64,000 nucleotides of DNA, taken from positions 14,942,001 through 15,006,000 of the forward strand of contig NC_043016.1 in assembly GCF_006345805.1 (NCBI RefSeq), in the 5' to 3' direction. Position 1 is the stretch's first letter. Every line of letters begins with the position of its first letter. Below the pieces are notes generated by a model. It was not told the origin of the DNA and searched no databases. It saw only the letters and a program-made list of their open reading frames with translations. Positions 39,371 to 52,749 of the stretch are shown here, piece by piece. Both the position numbers and the translations under genes were made by a program. The stretch comes from Octopus sinensis. Its lineage: Eukaryota.

Positions 39371-39592
39371 TTGGGGAAATTTCGAACCTGGGTTCTCATT
39401 CCTAAGGTATTTTTGATGTTATTATTATTATTATATCTACAGGCATATGGTGTAGTATTTAGAGTGTGGCCTACTAACCACAAAATTCCAAATCTGATTC
39501 CAGGCAGTGACCTAAATAATAACAACAACAATAATAGTAACAACATCAAAAAATACCTTAGGAATGTGAACCCAGGTTTGAAATTTCCCCAA

Positions 39593-39638
39593 GACACCTG
39601 ATGAAGGCTGGAGGGTATATCAGCTGAAACATTGTGTT
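39593..39638 (+). ncRNA. Second minimal hammerhead motif (stem III mismatch, possibly inactive)
   Basis: Reads GACAC-CUGAUGA-AGGCUG-gaggguauau-CAGCU-GAAAC-AUU-GUGUU. A G>A change destroys the C-G pair and the AACGUU palindrome. Confidence 0.55.
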
Positions 39639-41717
39639 AACAACAAACAAGATGAGGACAAATATCCGTCAAATGTAAATAATGTACATAATTCCTCATC
39701 TTTTAAATACAGAACTGTATAATCAAACCAAATGTTTATCATTTCGAGCCACTCACCCAATGAGTATTCCTGCCAAATTTGGTGAAAATCCGTTTGACTG
39801 TTTTTCAGTAATTTTGTTAACACACAGACAAACAGACAAAGATGAGTGATTACAATATCCTACTTTTGCTTCTGCACACAGAGTAATAATGCGTGCTTTG
39901 CAATTTACTCCATACTTTTGATACAAGGCAAAAATTCTCTTTTTCACTTCACCAAACTTACACATGCACACACACACACACATTGTGAAATCACCTCCAG
40001 TCGTTCCAAAGCAGCACACCAACCAGACCCTTGATAGTGTCCTTTTCACTATCCACTGTCAATATGTCCCACAGTCGAAGTTAGCATGTCTTCACCATCC
40101 CCCTTTCTCTCACTCCCTTTTCTTCCTCCCACTCTCTCTCTCTCCCTCTTTCTTTCTTTGCTTCTCCCCTCCAGGGATCTGCTTCAATATACAGTTTGTC
40201 CCATTCCCAAGTAGAGAAAATCCTTTGACCTTACCAACTACCAACTTATTACTTTCAATTCCAACATTTCAAAGATGAGGGTCACTTTTATCAGCACCAT
40301 GCTATCAGAGACCTGCTCTTCTATGTCACAAGTAGATCCTTGCTTTTGAGAAATCTAGTAAAAATATGCTCTTAAGCATGACATCAGCAAACAATTCAAT
40401 TATATTGTGATACAATATTTCAACACCTAACAGGCGTTGTCTCAGTTCAAAGTGTGACTGATTTTTGAAAGACGGCAGCTGACATTGATTCGTAATATCA
40501 TGAGAAATATTGTTGTCAATATATATATAAAATGTAAAACTGTTCCCATACATTGAGAATGATACAGTCTATACTGAGGATTAGATTTAGGTATACTTTG
40601 CAGAGGGTGTTGGTGTGGTATGTCTAGCATGTTTTAAACTAAACAGGTTTCCATATGATGACAACTTCAGAGAAACATTTGACAATATGCAACAGTGCTA
40701 GCTCCATAGGTGAGATAACCATTCATCAGGGAATTGTAAGTAGAAGCCATGTTTTCCATTGGACTTTGAGACAGTAAATGGTGCAGAGAGAACTGGCAGC
40801 AAACTCTGATGGAATTTCAACCCAGAATGAAGGGAACTATTTCAAAATAGTCTAAGTTATCCCACTGACTTAGACTATCATCAGCATCATCCTTTAATGT
40901 CTGTTGTCCATGCTGGCATGGGTTGGACGGTTTGACCAGGGCTGGCAAGCAGGAAGGCTGCACCAGACTTCAATCTGTTTTGGCATGGTTTCTACAGCTG
41001 GATACTGTTCCTAAAGCCAACCACTCCGAGGGTGTAATGAGTGCCTTTATGTGCCACTAGCATGGGTGCCATTTGTGTGACACCAGTATTTTCTACTTTG
41101 CTTGATGGAGGAGAAGAGTCTGCCAAATGTTGACCCAATTGAGGGACCAGCTATTTGAACTGAGTGTACTTTGGTAGATAAAGCAATAAAGCAATTAAGG
41201 ATATGAAGACAGGGAAAGCTCTTGGCCCATCAGGAATCACTGCTGACATGCTTAAAATATTTGGTGGTGTGGGTTTTGGTCTTGTCATCCATATTGTAAA
41301 TCAGGTGGTTCACAAAGGAGTCATACTCAATGAGTGCAATGTCAGTGTGCATGTATGACAGAGAGTAAGCATCTTAAGAAAAAACTTGGGCATTAGAGGC
41401 ATCAGATGTGGTGTGCAAGAGAGACAATTGCACTGGTATGGTCATGTGAGGCAAATGGATGAAGGAAAATAACCTGGAAATTGTGATACACAGATATTTT
41501 GAGCTGAGTGAGGGTGCTAGATTCCCTTGTTCGGAGTGGCTATATGGTAAGTAGCTTGCTAACCAACCACATGGTTCCGGGTTCAGTCCCACTGCGTGGC
41601 ATCTTGGGCAAGTGTCTTCTACTATAGCCCCGGGCCGACCAATGCCTTGTGAGTGGATTTGGTAGACGGAAACTGAAAGAAGCCTGTCGTATATATGTAT
41701 ATATATATATAATATAT

Positions 41718-41770
<53 letters not shown>

Positions 41771-42939
41771 GTGTGTGTGTTTGCCTCCCCTAGCATTGCT
41801 TGACAACCGATACTGGTGTGTTTACGTCCCCGTCACTTAGCAGTTCGGCAAAAGAGACCGATAGAATAAGTACTGGGCTTACAAAGAATAAGTCCCGGGG
41901 TCGATTTGCTTGACTAAAGGCGGTGCTCCAGCATGGCCGCAGTCAAATGACTGAAACAAGTAAAAGAGTATAGATCGTGTCGTACAGCCAGCTGGAGACA
42001 ATATCCCCTGGGGCTAATTACAGCAACCAGGACTGCCACATTATGTTGGCAAACAATCTTTACTACAAGGTGCTGTTGCTGAATATCACACGTTGTGAGA
42101 TTTAAAAATAATAATTTTCTTCCTTAACTTTACAAATAAATGCATGAAATTTTTATACAATTTAAAGGACATAATAGAAATTAATTATTTAATCTTTTCC
42201 CCTCTCTTTTCAGATTTTTCAGATTTTCAGATATTAAAAACTGAAACCCATCATTGACTTTTGGGACAGTCTGTATTTGCAAAACTGATGATTACGTAAA
42301 ATAGTTGTTTCGAATTTTGAAACAAGGCCAGTAAGGATGGAAAACAAAGTCAACCCCAGAAGAATTTGGATCCAGAACTTAACGGTGGATGAAATGCTGC
42401 TAAGCCCTTTGCCTAATCTGCTAACCCACTGCCCTTGATTATGTAACATATTACTTTTGATATGCATTTCTTGCCAGCTTTTATATACAAGGGTGGGGAG
42501 TGGGATTGGAGGGAGAGACAAAGGTTCGTTTGTCATATTCATATTCTTAATCTATGGTTAATCCTAGATTAGTTGGCACATATTTATAATACAGAGATAT
42601 TAGCACTGGAAAGGTCAACTGTTCTGCTTAAATATGAAGTAAAATCTTTTCAGTTCTATTTTGTGTTTTCCCATCTCACTGGTGGTGTTGGAGGGGGGAG
42701 GGGTGGGGAGGGGGAAGGGGTAGGGGAAGGGGTGGGTGGGGGAGGGGAGGTTGGAGATAGCTGTTGTGCTTTTATGTTTTCAAATAACTATTATTTTCTT
42801 AATGCAACAACTACAACAAACAACATCTTTCAATCAGACAAAGACTTCCATGTTTTATATAACAACCAAAATTTATAACTAAGAGAGAGAGAGACAAAGA
42901 GAGACAGAGAGAGACAGACAGAGAGACAGACAGACAGAC

Positions 42940-42974
<35 letters not shown>

Positions 42975-43879
42975 GTAAATGTCTGGTTGTTCCTGAGACT
43001 ACTATGTACGGATGTAGCTTTATATACCGTTAGGGAGTTATAAACAAATCATAGAAAATAAAACAAATGACATTCTTTATTTAAAGTCACTACAATTGCT
43101 TTGGCACATTTTTTTCACCTTTAGTACATTGGTGAGATGTTCTGCAATTATCATCTTACATCCAAGGTGTAAAATAGTCCTCCTCCTCCTCAGGTGATTG
43201 TTTAAATAAGTTCTTTGCAAGATCCTTTTACCATAAATAATGTTGTTCATTCCAATTTCTGTTGTTAATCTATTTATATAAACCATAGGGATACTATAGA
43301 ATTTCTGATGTATATCTAGTAGCACGAGCATTTCTACTATATGATGACATCAGGTGGCCAATAACTGGGGATGAGCTTTGTATAGCATACTAAAATGTTT
43401 TTACCAGAGTTTTACTTAACTATAACATTATACAGATATCAACAAATGACATGAGCCTGATACATGTTCTTTCATTGTACACACACATACACAGACATAA
43501 CACACACACATCAGTTCATCTACAGAAAGAAAAAGAACAACAAAAGAAAGAAAAATTAAAAAAGATATAATAATAATAACGATAGTGAAATTATTGTGTA
43601 TATTGCTCAGGTGCACTGCACCTCATCAAAGGTGTATGTACAGAACATAGAATTATGCACAAAGGTCAGGAAAGTGAACAGTGTATGAGTCATGATATAC
43701 ATGTGTGCATGCATATGGAGGGGAGATATCAGGTGTAGTGTTGGTGAATTTCAGGAAGTTTTAAAGGATGCAATGTCTTGGCAACTAACAACTGATGCAG
43801 GTAGTTTGTTCCATGCTTCAGTAACTCTGAGTGTGAACAAATGTTTCTGAAAGTCATGGGAGCCGTGCTGTTATCTGAC

Positions 43880-44360
43880 TTTCAAATGTCTTTCCTGGAG
43901 ACCAGCAAGAAAAATCTTTGAAAGTTCTTCAAATTTTTCATATTACTTCTTGAATAGAAGTGGCTTCCTTCTTGCTGCTCTGCCATAATAGGAAAGTTTG
44001 TGGAGATACTTGACAGCTGTTCTGGGACTGACTGACATCAACTTGTTCTGCAATATCAGAGGTCTTGCAACAAGAATTATCCCCCACACTCCTCTTAACG
44101 AAGCAAAGGATCCTGTCAGAGGGCTCTGGTTGATTTGTGTGAGGCAATGTGGACTCTTTCCCCTCTCTGGTGAATTGCACAATCATTCTATTAACTGTAG
44201 AAAGCAGAATCCCAAGATTTTCCGTGACTTTACACAGACTAAGACCACCTTCAGATTGACCCACAATACGGTCTCTTTGAAATATGGACAATTCCAAGGT
44301 TTCTTTTGTATGTGGAATAATTAAACAGGCACATATAGAAAATGTCAATTGATAAAAGAT
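43880..44360 (-). mobile_element. Tc1-like transposase N-terminal (HTH) fragment, frameshifted
   Basis: [41 protein letters not shown], and in another frame [25 protein letters not shown]. Confidence 0.8.
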
Positions 44361-44452
44361 ATATACCTTTTCAAGTTAAAATAAACATAAAACAATGTTT
44401 TATTAGTTGTCTATTTACTTCTGTCATGTGTGTATGCATGTATGTGTGTGTG

Positions 44453-44513
<61 letters not shown>

Positions 44514-45606
44514 GGTGAAATTAATTAATTTGGAATAATCATTAATTTCACCAAGTAGATTTCGGCATGTAAAAGCCTCATTCGAGGAAAGTTTAAGTAA
44601 TACTAAGTAATTAAGGGTTTAGCAATGATTTGCCTCACCACACACCGAATTTAGAAATAGCAGTCAAAGAGTTTTGGCTATTCTTTCTACTAAAAGGGAG
44701 ATCTCAGTAAAAAATACAGCACTTGAATGGCAAACACAGACAGGCAAGAGAGAAAGGAATGACGGCAATCTATCATACAATTTTAAGTCACCTACGGACG
44801 TACGTTTCAAAATTAAGTTTTAGGAAAGCATAAGAATTAGATAATTATGTCTTACCCAACTTCTTTTCTCATCAGCGTAGGACACTACAATTATGAATAA
44901 TTGTATATTAAATTTCGAGGTACTAGAAGGCATCATCTCAACTCAGTAGCAACTTTTTACACTGCACCCCCTGTTTCTGGGCCCTTGCCCCCAAAAGGAT
45001 GAAAGGCAAAGTTGAAATTAGTGTTATTTGAACTCCGAATGTGAAGCTGGATGAAATGGCACTTAGTATTTTGCTTGGCATGACAACTATTCTACCAGCT
45101 CTCCAACCTGTTACTTAAATAAATAATAAAATAGACAAAATAATTTACTCATTCAAACATACACACGCAACTAACAATATAATCAAAGATGAAATAAATA
45201 TTGGTTTCAAATTTTGGTACAAGGCCAGCAGTTTTGAGGGAGGGGGCAAGTTGATTACATTGACCCCAGTATTCAACTGGTACTTAGTTTATCGACCCCA
45301 AAAGGACGAAAGACAAAGTTGGTTTCAGCAGGATTTGGATTCAGATGAAATGCTGCTATGCATCTTGCCTGTTGTGCTAACGATTTTGGCAGCTTGCCAC
45401 CCTTACAGTGGAACCAAATATGAAACTGAATAGGAAGAAGCAAGAATATAGTCAAAGATAACCAGCCAAGAATATAGCCAAATCATGAAAACCGTAGAAT
45501 ATAACTGAATACAAAGAAACAAGGATAAACCCACCCAGAAATGAAAAACTAAGAATAAACTATACAAGAATACACACTAAACAATGATATATATATACAT
45601 AAATAC

Positions 45607-45643
<37 letters not shown>

Positions 45644-46190
45644 CACTCCAGTCTTTTGCGCTGCCAAAATGCTCTCTTTGAGATAGCATGTTAGCAGTAT
45701 TTTGAGCATGTGTGTGTGTACAGCAGACTTCTACATAATTTCTGCTGATGAAATTCCACTCACAAGATTTTTGTCCACTGTAAGTTAAAGCAAAAGATAT
45801 TTGTCCAAGAATCCACACAGTGGGACCGAACTGAAGAACCATGTGATTATGTGTTTTGGTTTTATATCATTTCACTGTAAATCATTGAAGTTACCTTTTC
45901 TTAAGAACCATTCGTAAAACAAGAGAGATGATGCGTTGAAAGAAATAATTCGTTCAAGATTAGGCACCTTTCAGTTTTGAGAGCTTCTCATCTCAATATT
46001 CTGTGATCAAGGCAGCGGGCTGCCAGAAACATCTGCATGCCGGGAAAAATGGTTAGCAGTAGTTCATCAAAAGGTTACTATGGGTTCTGTAAGAAAGAGC
46101 GAGATAAGTTAATGCTAATTTCCTGATTGTAATATTACTATGCACGCACAACATTTTATTGGTAATCTTGTAATATTGTAATATAGACAA

Positions 46191-46432
46191 GGCGGCAAGC
46201 TGGCAAAATTGCTAGCACGCCGGACGAAATGCTTAGTAGACGTTAAATGACAATGATGATGATGATATTTCATCTGTCTTTACATACTGAGTTCAAATTC
46301 CACCAAGGTCGACTTTGCCTTTCATCTTTTTGGGGGTCAATAAATTAAGTACCAATTGTGTACTGGGATTTATCTAATTGACTGGCCCCCTCCCCCAAAA
46401 TTTCAGACATTGTGCTTAGAGTAGAAACAAAT
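46191..46432 (+). mobile_element. tRNA-derived SINE (family C)
   Basis: GGCGGCAAGCTGGCAAAATTGCTAGCACGCCGGACGAAATGC...GAGTTCAAATTCCACCAAGGTCGACTTTGCCTTTCATC. Other copies at ~6160-6370, 25870-26010, 27110-27290, 33650-33910, 42300-42440, 44985-45400, 58085-58230 and 59045-59260. Confidence 0.85.
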
Positions 46433-46999
46433 ATTCTATGATCAAATTCTCGTCAATTTTGGTTATTTAAAGAGAGACTCAAAGTAACGAAAATGGCAAA
46501 AGTTTCTGATTTTTTTTATTCCCAGTTGGGATTTGAAATTGAGGGAAATTGGTTAGCAATGTGAAAAAGTTGCCTTTCTTGGGAATAGGATACTCTCACT
46601 CATTTGGCACTCCACCATTTATGATGAGGAGGGTTCCAGTTGATCCGATCAATCAATGGAACAGCCCGCTCGTGAAATTAACATGCAAGTGGCTGAGCAC
46701 TCCACAGACACGTGTACACTTAACACAGTTCTTAGGGAGATTCAGCATGAAACAGAATGTGACAAGGCTGGCCCTTTGAAATACAGGTACTACTCATTTT
46801 TGCCAGCTGAGTGGACTGGAGCAATGTGAAATAAAGTGTCCTGTTCAAGGACACAACACACCACCAGGAACTGAACTCACAACCTTATGATTGTGAGCCA
46901 AACACTTTCACCACTAAGCCATGTGCCTTCACTCTCACCTATTCACAGTGATTGAGATGTATCCCTAGTGAGATAGTTCTGGAGTGTATTGCTTAAATG

Positions 47000-47830
47000 C
47001 AAGGAAGGGTAAGACAGATCAGATATAGGGATATAGATGTAATATCGCATACTAGAAAAACCCAGCTGTTCAACAAAGGCTTGGCTTGCATCAAGCAAAC
47101 AGACCCAATCGGCTCATTTGGCATGCGGATACCTGCAACCTCATAGGATTATATATACTGGACATAATAACAAAGAGGTTTTCATCAGTCCTTTTTGGTG
47201 TATACAGAAGATGATGCTTTAGCTATCTCTAAGGGCACAAACAGAGACACCCTAGATGGGCTTTGGAAGGAACTTATTCCCATTGCTTACTCCCTTGGTC
47301 TTAAGGTTACAATTGAGATCAATTTTACCACTTGATTTGTGTATCTGTTTATACAGGCCTCACTGCAAAAGAGATGAAAGGCTGTCGTACTTTAACACAA
47401 CCTCCTGTTACCCAACTAATGTGTTTAAGAACCCTGCAAAAGGTATCGGTAAGAGGACTTCAAACCTGTCCTTAAATAGAGATTTTTGATGCAGCAGCCC
47501 CCTCCCCTATTACAATGAGGCTCTGGTGTCCAGTGGGTTTAAAGACCACATCTCCGTTATACCGGGAGCTAATTCCCACAAAAGAAAGCATCATTGTAAG
47601 GTCATTTGGTTTTCCCCACCTTTTTCACTCAACATCAAGATCTGCATGGAAAGGATCTTCCTTAGATTAGTGGACAAGCATTTCACACAATCCCATAGGT
47701 ATGGATAATGATTTAATAGACACGATTTAAGGGTTTCATTCAGCTATAACATGCAATTAAATGCCAAAATCTATATAATGGCTAAACTTCTTAATCTGGA
47801 AAGACCATGGTCATAATAGTTAATTCAGTC
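47000..47830 (+). mobile_element. Penelope-like element RT/thumb fragment
   Basis: Frameshifted GVYR-DDALA (YRDD motif), then SSGFKDHI...KVIWFSPPFSLNIKICMERIFLRLVDKHF. Confidence 0.8.
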
Positions 47831-48290
47831 TCCTTAAGCTTAGCTTTCCTCCCTTGGACTGACTTTCTCCCCATAAAGCTAAAAGTTTTCGAAATACATC
47901 TGGAAAGGTCCTGCTGCCCAACATACAAATTTCCTGGACAACATCCAAAAAGAATGCCATCTGTTTGATTGGCAAAGAATCTTTCACCAACACATTTAAG
48001 TGTTGTCTTCTCACTCTTCTTTTTCTGTCAATCCTACAATGTCCCCTGCTCTTCTAAGCTCAGATTGCATGCTCACTGCATCCAAACTAACCCCACCACT
48101 GCACATACATTCATCAGTGAGCCCAGTTCTTTCTTCTCCTAGCTTCAAACCTCTGGAATTCCTTCCCTGCCTTCATGCATGTGCGTGTTTGTCTTCTTTC
48201 TCCATAAATGTTCAAACCAAATACCAACCCTCGAGGGCCTATGAAGGTCACAGGCAGTCCCTTCTTCTTCGCTAAGACAGCAAATTAAAC
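47830..48290 (+). mobile_element. CR1/jockey-group LINE 3' fragment
   Basis: FLDNIQKECHLFDWQ..., then FFLLASNLWNSFPA (the SFFxRTxxLWNSLP terminus). Confidence 0.6.
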
Positions 48291-48554
48291 GATTAGTGAA
48301 CATGTGGATTTAAGTATCGAATTTAGGGAAAGATAATCTTATCAGACAGAAACGCATTTTGAATTTGAAGTCTTAATCTGGCAATGATTAGACATCGGAC
48401 ATTAACGAAATTTGAGAGTAATGATAATCGGATCTTGAGGATAAACGGCATCATATTGGTAATATGCATGTATGCATGTGTATATCTGTGTGTGTGTGTA
48501 TGTATATATGTATGCATGCACGTATGTATTGTATGAATGTGTTGTATGTATGCA

Positions 48555-48600
<46 letters not shown>

Positions 48601-48665
48601 ATGAACATATGTATGGATGATAACACGTATGTATGCATTCACAAACACCACACACACACACACAC

Positions 48666-48727
<62 letters not shown>

Positions 48728-49647
48728 TCTGTGTGTATGTATGCATGAATGTGTGTAAATGGAAGTGCACGTGCGCGCACGTAGTAATTTATAAACAAGC
48801 TGGAGTTCTTCAGATTCAAATATATGTTGATTTTAAACTAGGAAATAGGAAAAATAAAACCACGTACATGCACTTCCAAACGAGTCACATGAATTAACCA
48901 TAAGTCACAAATAAAAATGTTTAAAACTTGTAAAATGTAAAACAAGACAAATTCGAATATAATAACCTGATGAAAAATTTTGATAGAAATATATCGCAAT
49001 TACTGATATCGCAATTAATGAATGACCCTATTATTTCAACGAGCTAAATTGATGTAAGGCTAATTGTCGAATGTGGCTGATATAAATAAACATCAGAATG
49101 CGACTAATTAATGAAAACTTTTTATTTATTTATTTGATCAAACAAATCCGTTGTAAGGTAAAATAAGAGATGATGAGATCAATACAAAAGAAGAGAGAGA
49201 AAAATAGAAAGGAAGATTGAGATCAATAGAAAAATTGAGCAAAGAGTGTGTGTGAGATAAGGTGTGGAGGGAATGACAGGTAAAAATAATAACTTATATC
49301 ACAAGCAAGGTAAAAAAAAGAAGACATATTTGCAAAAAAGAAAGTGTAAGAGAGACTAATAGAAGAATAAAGTGTATGAATTTGTAGATGAAAGGAAGGA
49401 AGAAATGAGAGAGATAGAGGAGAGAGAAAGAAGAGGGAGAGTGCTGGAGAGGGATGAGAATAGTAAAAGAGAAAGTGAGAGAAGAAAAAGGAAAGTGATA
49501 AGAGAGGAAGAGAGAGAAGAGTGAAAGAAAGAAAATAGAGAGAGAACTGGGGGTGGTGCGGGAATAGTGAAAGAAAGAGAGAGGAGAAAATTAGTGACAG
49601 AGAAATATAGAGAGTGACTGAGAGAAAAAGTGAGTGAGAGAGAGAGA

Positions 49648-49940
49648 CAGAGAGATAGTGTGTGTTAGGAAAGAGAGAAAGACAGAGAGATAGTGTGTGT
49701 TAGGAAAGAGAGAGAGTTAGAGAGATAGTGTGTGTTAGGAAAGAGAGAGAGTTAGAGAGATAGTGTGTGTTAGGAAAGAGAGAGAGACAGAGAGATAGTG
49801 TGTGTTAGGAAAGAGAGAGAGAGACAGAGAGATAGTGTGTGTTAGGAAAGAGAGAGAGAGACAGAGAGATAGTGTGTGTTAGGAAAGAGAGAGAGAGACA
49901 GAGAGATAGTGTGTGTTAGGAAAGAGAGAGAGACAGAGAG
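49648..49940. repeat. Minisatellite, 8 copies of 35-37 bp, upstream of CDIPT
   Basis: AGAGAGATAGTGTGTGTTAGGAAAG(AG)n(AC/TT) repeated 8 times. Confidence 0.95.
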
Positions 49941-50188
49941 AGAGAGTGTGACAGGAACTGGTGTGTTTTAAACAGGAAGAGGCAAAACCTCGTCTGTAGT
50001 TCCTCGACTGCTGCTACCAAACTGTAATAATATTCATAAGAAGATAAAGACAACAGTTGGAAGACATAAAGACTCCTCCTCCTCCTGCTCCTCTGCTGCT
50101 GCTGCTGCTGCTGCCACCACCACCACCATCATCATCATCAGCAACAACAGCATTGAGTAAGAAGGAAATTAAAAAAAAAACGGTGCAG

Positions 50189-50227
<39 letters not shown>

Positions 50228-50332
50228 AGAAACAAACAAACACCAGCGGGAACTAATAACAATTATTATTATATATATATCAGAGGCAGAGCAAGCAAGC
50301 AAGAAGGAATTGAAATACATTTAAACCCCGAC

Positions 50333-50384
50333 ATGTCAAGTGAAAGTGTCGAGACCATCTTCCTGTTCGTACCGAACCTCATAG
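50333..50384 (+). CDS. CDIPT: CDIPT (phosphatidylinositol synthase) exon 1
   Basis: ATG in ACATGT context. Encodes MSSESVETIFLFVPNLI plus one G; GTGAGT donor. IFLFVPNLI is the PI synthase N-terminal motif. Confidence 0.93.
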
Positions 50385-50669
50385 GTGAGTTTGGAGACAT
50401 GTGAATGAAGAAGCATGTTGCAGTTTTGTTGTTTTGTGTTTCCAGTCTTTCATTGAATGGTAAACAAACCATATTGGAGGTGGAGGTGTTTGTTTGTTTG
50501 TTGCCCTCCCCACAATACACACACACACATCAAATGTTTTGTTTATGTTATTTTGTTGTCCAATTTGAGTTGGACGAAGGTCGAATTAATTCAATTACAT
50601 CGTTCGGATATAATTGATATTATCCCTAATGACATTTTAATTCCTTTAGATTCCATCACAGGATTTTAA

Positions 50670-50709
50670 AGAGAGAGAGAGAGAGAGAGAGAGAATATAA
50701 GGAAGTGTA

Positions 50710-50760
<51 letters not shown>

Positions 50761-50761
50761 G

Positions 50762-50821
<60 letters not shown>

Positions 50822-51126
50822 GTGTGTGTGTGTATATGTATATATATATTATATGTGTATATATATATGTGTGGTGTGTATATGTATATATATATATATG
50901 TGTATATATATATGTGTGTGTGTGTGTGTATATATATATGTATATATATGTGTGTATATATATGTATATATGTGTATATATATATGTGTATATATATATA
51001 TATGTGTGTGTGTGTATATATGTGTATATATATGTGTGTGTGTATATTTATGTATAAACGCATTTATACAGTATTGTTTTAGTCTGTTGGCACACACATA
51101 CACGCACAATGTTTTGATCTGTTCTT

Positions 51127-51158
<32 letters not shown>

Positions 51159-51180
51159 GTGTATATGTGTGTGTGTGTGT
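50670..51180. repeat. Compound (GA)/(TA)/(TG) microsatellites
   Basis: Directly visible. Similar tracts lie at 22040-22150, 48460-48760 and 63755-63817. Confidence 0.97.
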
Positions 51181-52749
51181 TTTGATAAATCAAAATTAAC
51201 ATCTTTCTTCATTTCAGGCTGGCTTCTGTTGATTTTATTCTTAACAGACTTAAATGGATGTTTACAAGTAATATGATTTGTGTAATAATAATAACGACTA
51301 AGTACGGTGTTGTAATTTGTCAGTAATTGAACTGAACAAGGGATAACTTAATTTATTCTTGATTCGACAAACATCCCCCTTTTAAAGTAAGGGGTTATAT
51401 GTGTGTGTGTGTGTGTCAATTGATTTAACATCAGTATATAACTGGTATATCTGTTGATTTCCAGTAAAACGAGAAGTTGAATAAAACGAAATATATTTAG
51501 TTTTAGTTTCATTTGTAATAATAATTCATTAACGTTCTCTGTTTTTAATCAATCGACACCATTTGCAGAACATTTGGAATAGAATATTTTACATGATTAC
51601 TGTAAAAATGGTGATTTCCGACTGTCTACGAGTTGCTATTATAATTTATTCAATGTCAGATTTGTATTTGATAACATTTGTTGATCTCTAAGCTCGTTTT
51701 AAACTTACTACTTTCAGTTTAATCTAATATAATTAATCATTAGATGGATTGATGATAGATGATGGATGATTGATAGATGGCTGATTGATAGATGGATGAT
51801 TGATAGGTGGCTGATTGATAGATGGATGACAGACAGTTAGATGAATAATAGATAGATTGACAGACAGATATAGATGTGAGTGTAGATTGATGTACTGAGA
51901 TAGATGTACATGATTTCATCTGTTGAATATTTTGTAGATTCATTCATAGCTAAATACCTAAATATTTTACACACATTGTGTTTGTATACGTGAATCTATC
52001 CTCTGTCTCTCTATTTATCGATCTTTCTGGGGATATTCGATGTTAAATATTGTTTGATATGGCTTGGACATTTTTTTTAAAGATAAGCAAACATACATAT
52101 ACGATGGAGACGATTCAGAATTGTTGGTATTTATTTTATCGACCATTGCAAATCATCATAGTTCGATGCTGCTGTACTCTGGTTTATCATCTTCCATGCT
52201 CTTATATTATTTTGCTAGAGTTATTTTGAAACTAGGTATCAAAATAGTATTGTTTCCTGTATTGTGTATATCGATAAGCCAAATACGCATCGAACTTGGG
52301 CTGCGAGATTTAGATGAATTACATTCAGATGTGGTGGTGGTGGTGGTGGTATAGGTGTGAGCGCGTGTGAACGACAGGTAGTCATGGCCCGAACAAGTGA
52401 TTATTTTAATTCTTTTTTCAGTTGTACTAGTTGGTTAATCTACCATATCTCTTAGGTTGACCCATTTACGTTAACACACCCTCATACATAAACATACACA
52501 TAGTTCTGGACTGCAATTAAAACCATATATATATATATAATAATTTAGGGTGCTTTCTGATGTATTTTTTTACATCGTGGTATGATGAATATACGTTAAA
52601 TTGTAAACATACTACAATTTAATATATATATGGGAGGGAGGAATGTAGGTAGGTAGGTAGGTATACATGTACAAACATGCTATTTTAAAGAATGGATAGT
52701 GACATTGTATTTTGTATATGATGATCATTCCCTTTTTTACTGACTTTGG

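Larger units (their letters stand above)
39278..39718 (+). mobile_element. Non-autonomous retroelement: inverted Penelope-pLTR-like arms with hammerhead motifs around a tRNA-like head, 15-bp TSD
   Basis: TSD ATAATCAAACCAAAT at 39263-39277 and 39719-39733. Arm 39277-39420 is about 90% identical (by eye) to the reverse complement of 39539-39686. tRNA-like A/B-box segment at 39442-39512. Confidence 0.85.

Noticed and set aside
39442-39512. tRNA gene (also SINE heads such as 41533 and 27758)
   Set aside because: The B-box and cloverleaf are degenerate and embedded in repeats, so these are tRNA-derived heads rather than functional tRNAs.
42234-42542. 102-aa minus-strand ORF with an apparent TM segment
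   Set aside because: It overlaps a decayed family C SINE, and I found no splice support or recognisable family.
49648-49940. Regular 35-37 bp array as a CRISPR
   Set aside because: There are no unique spacers; it is a simple minisatellite.
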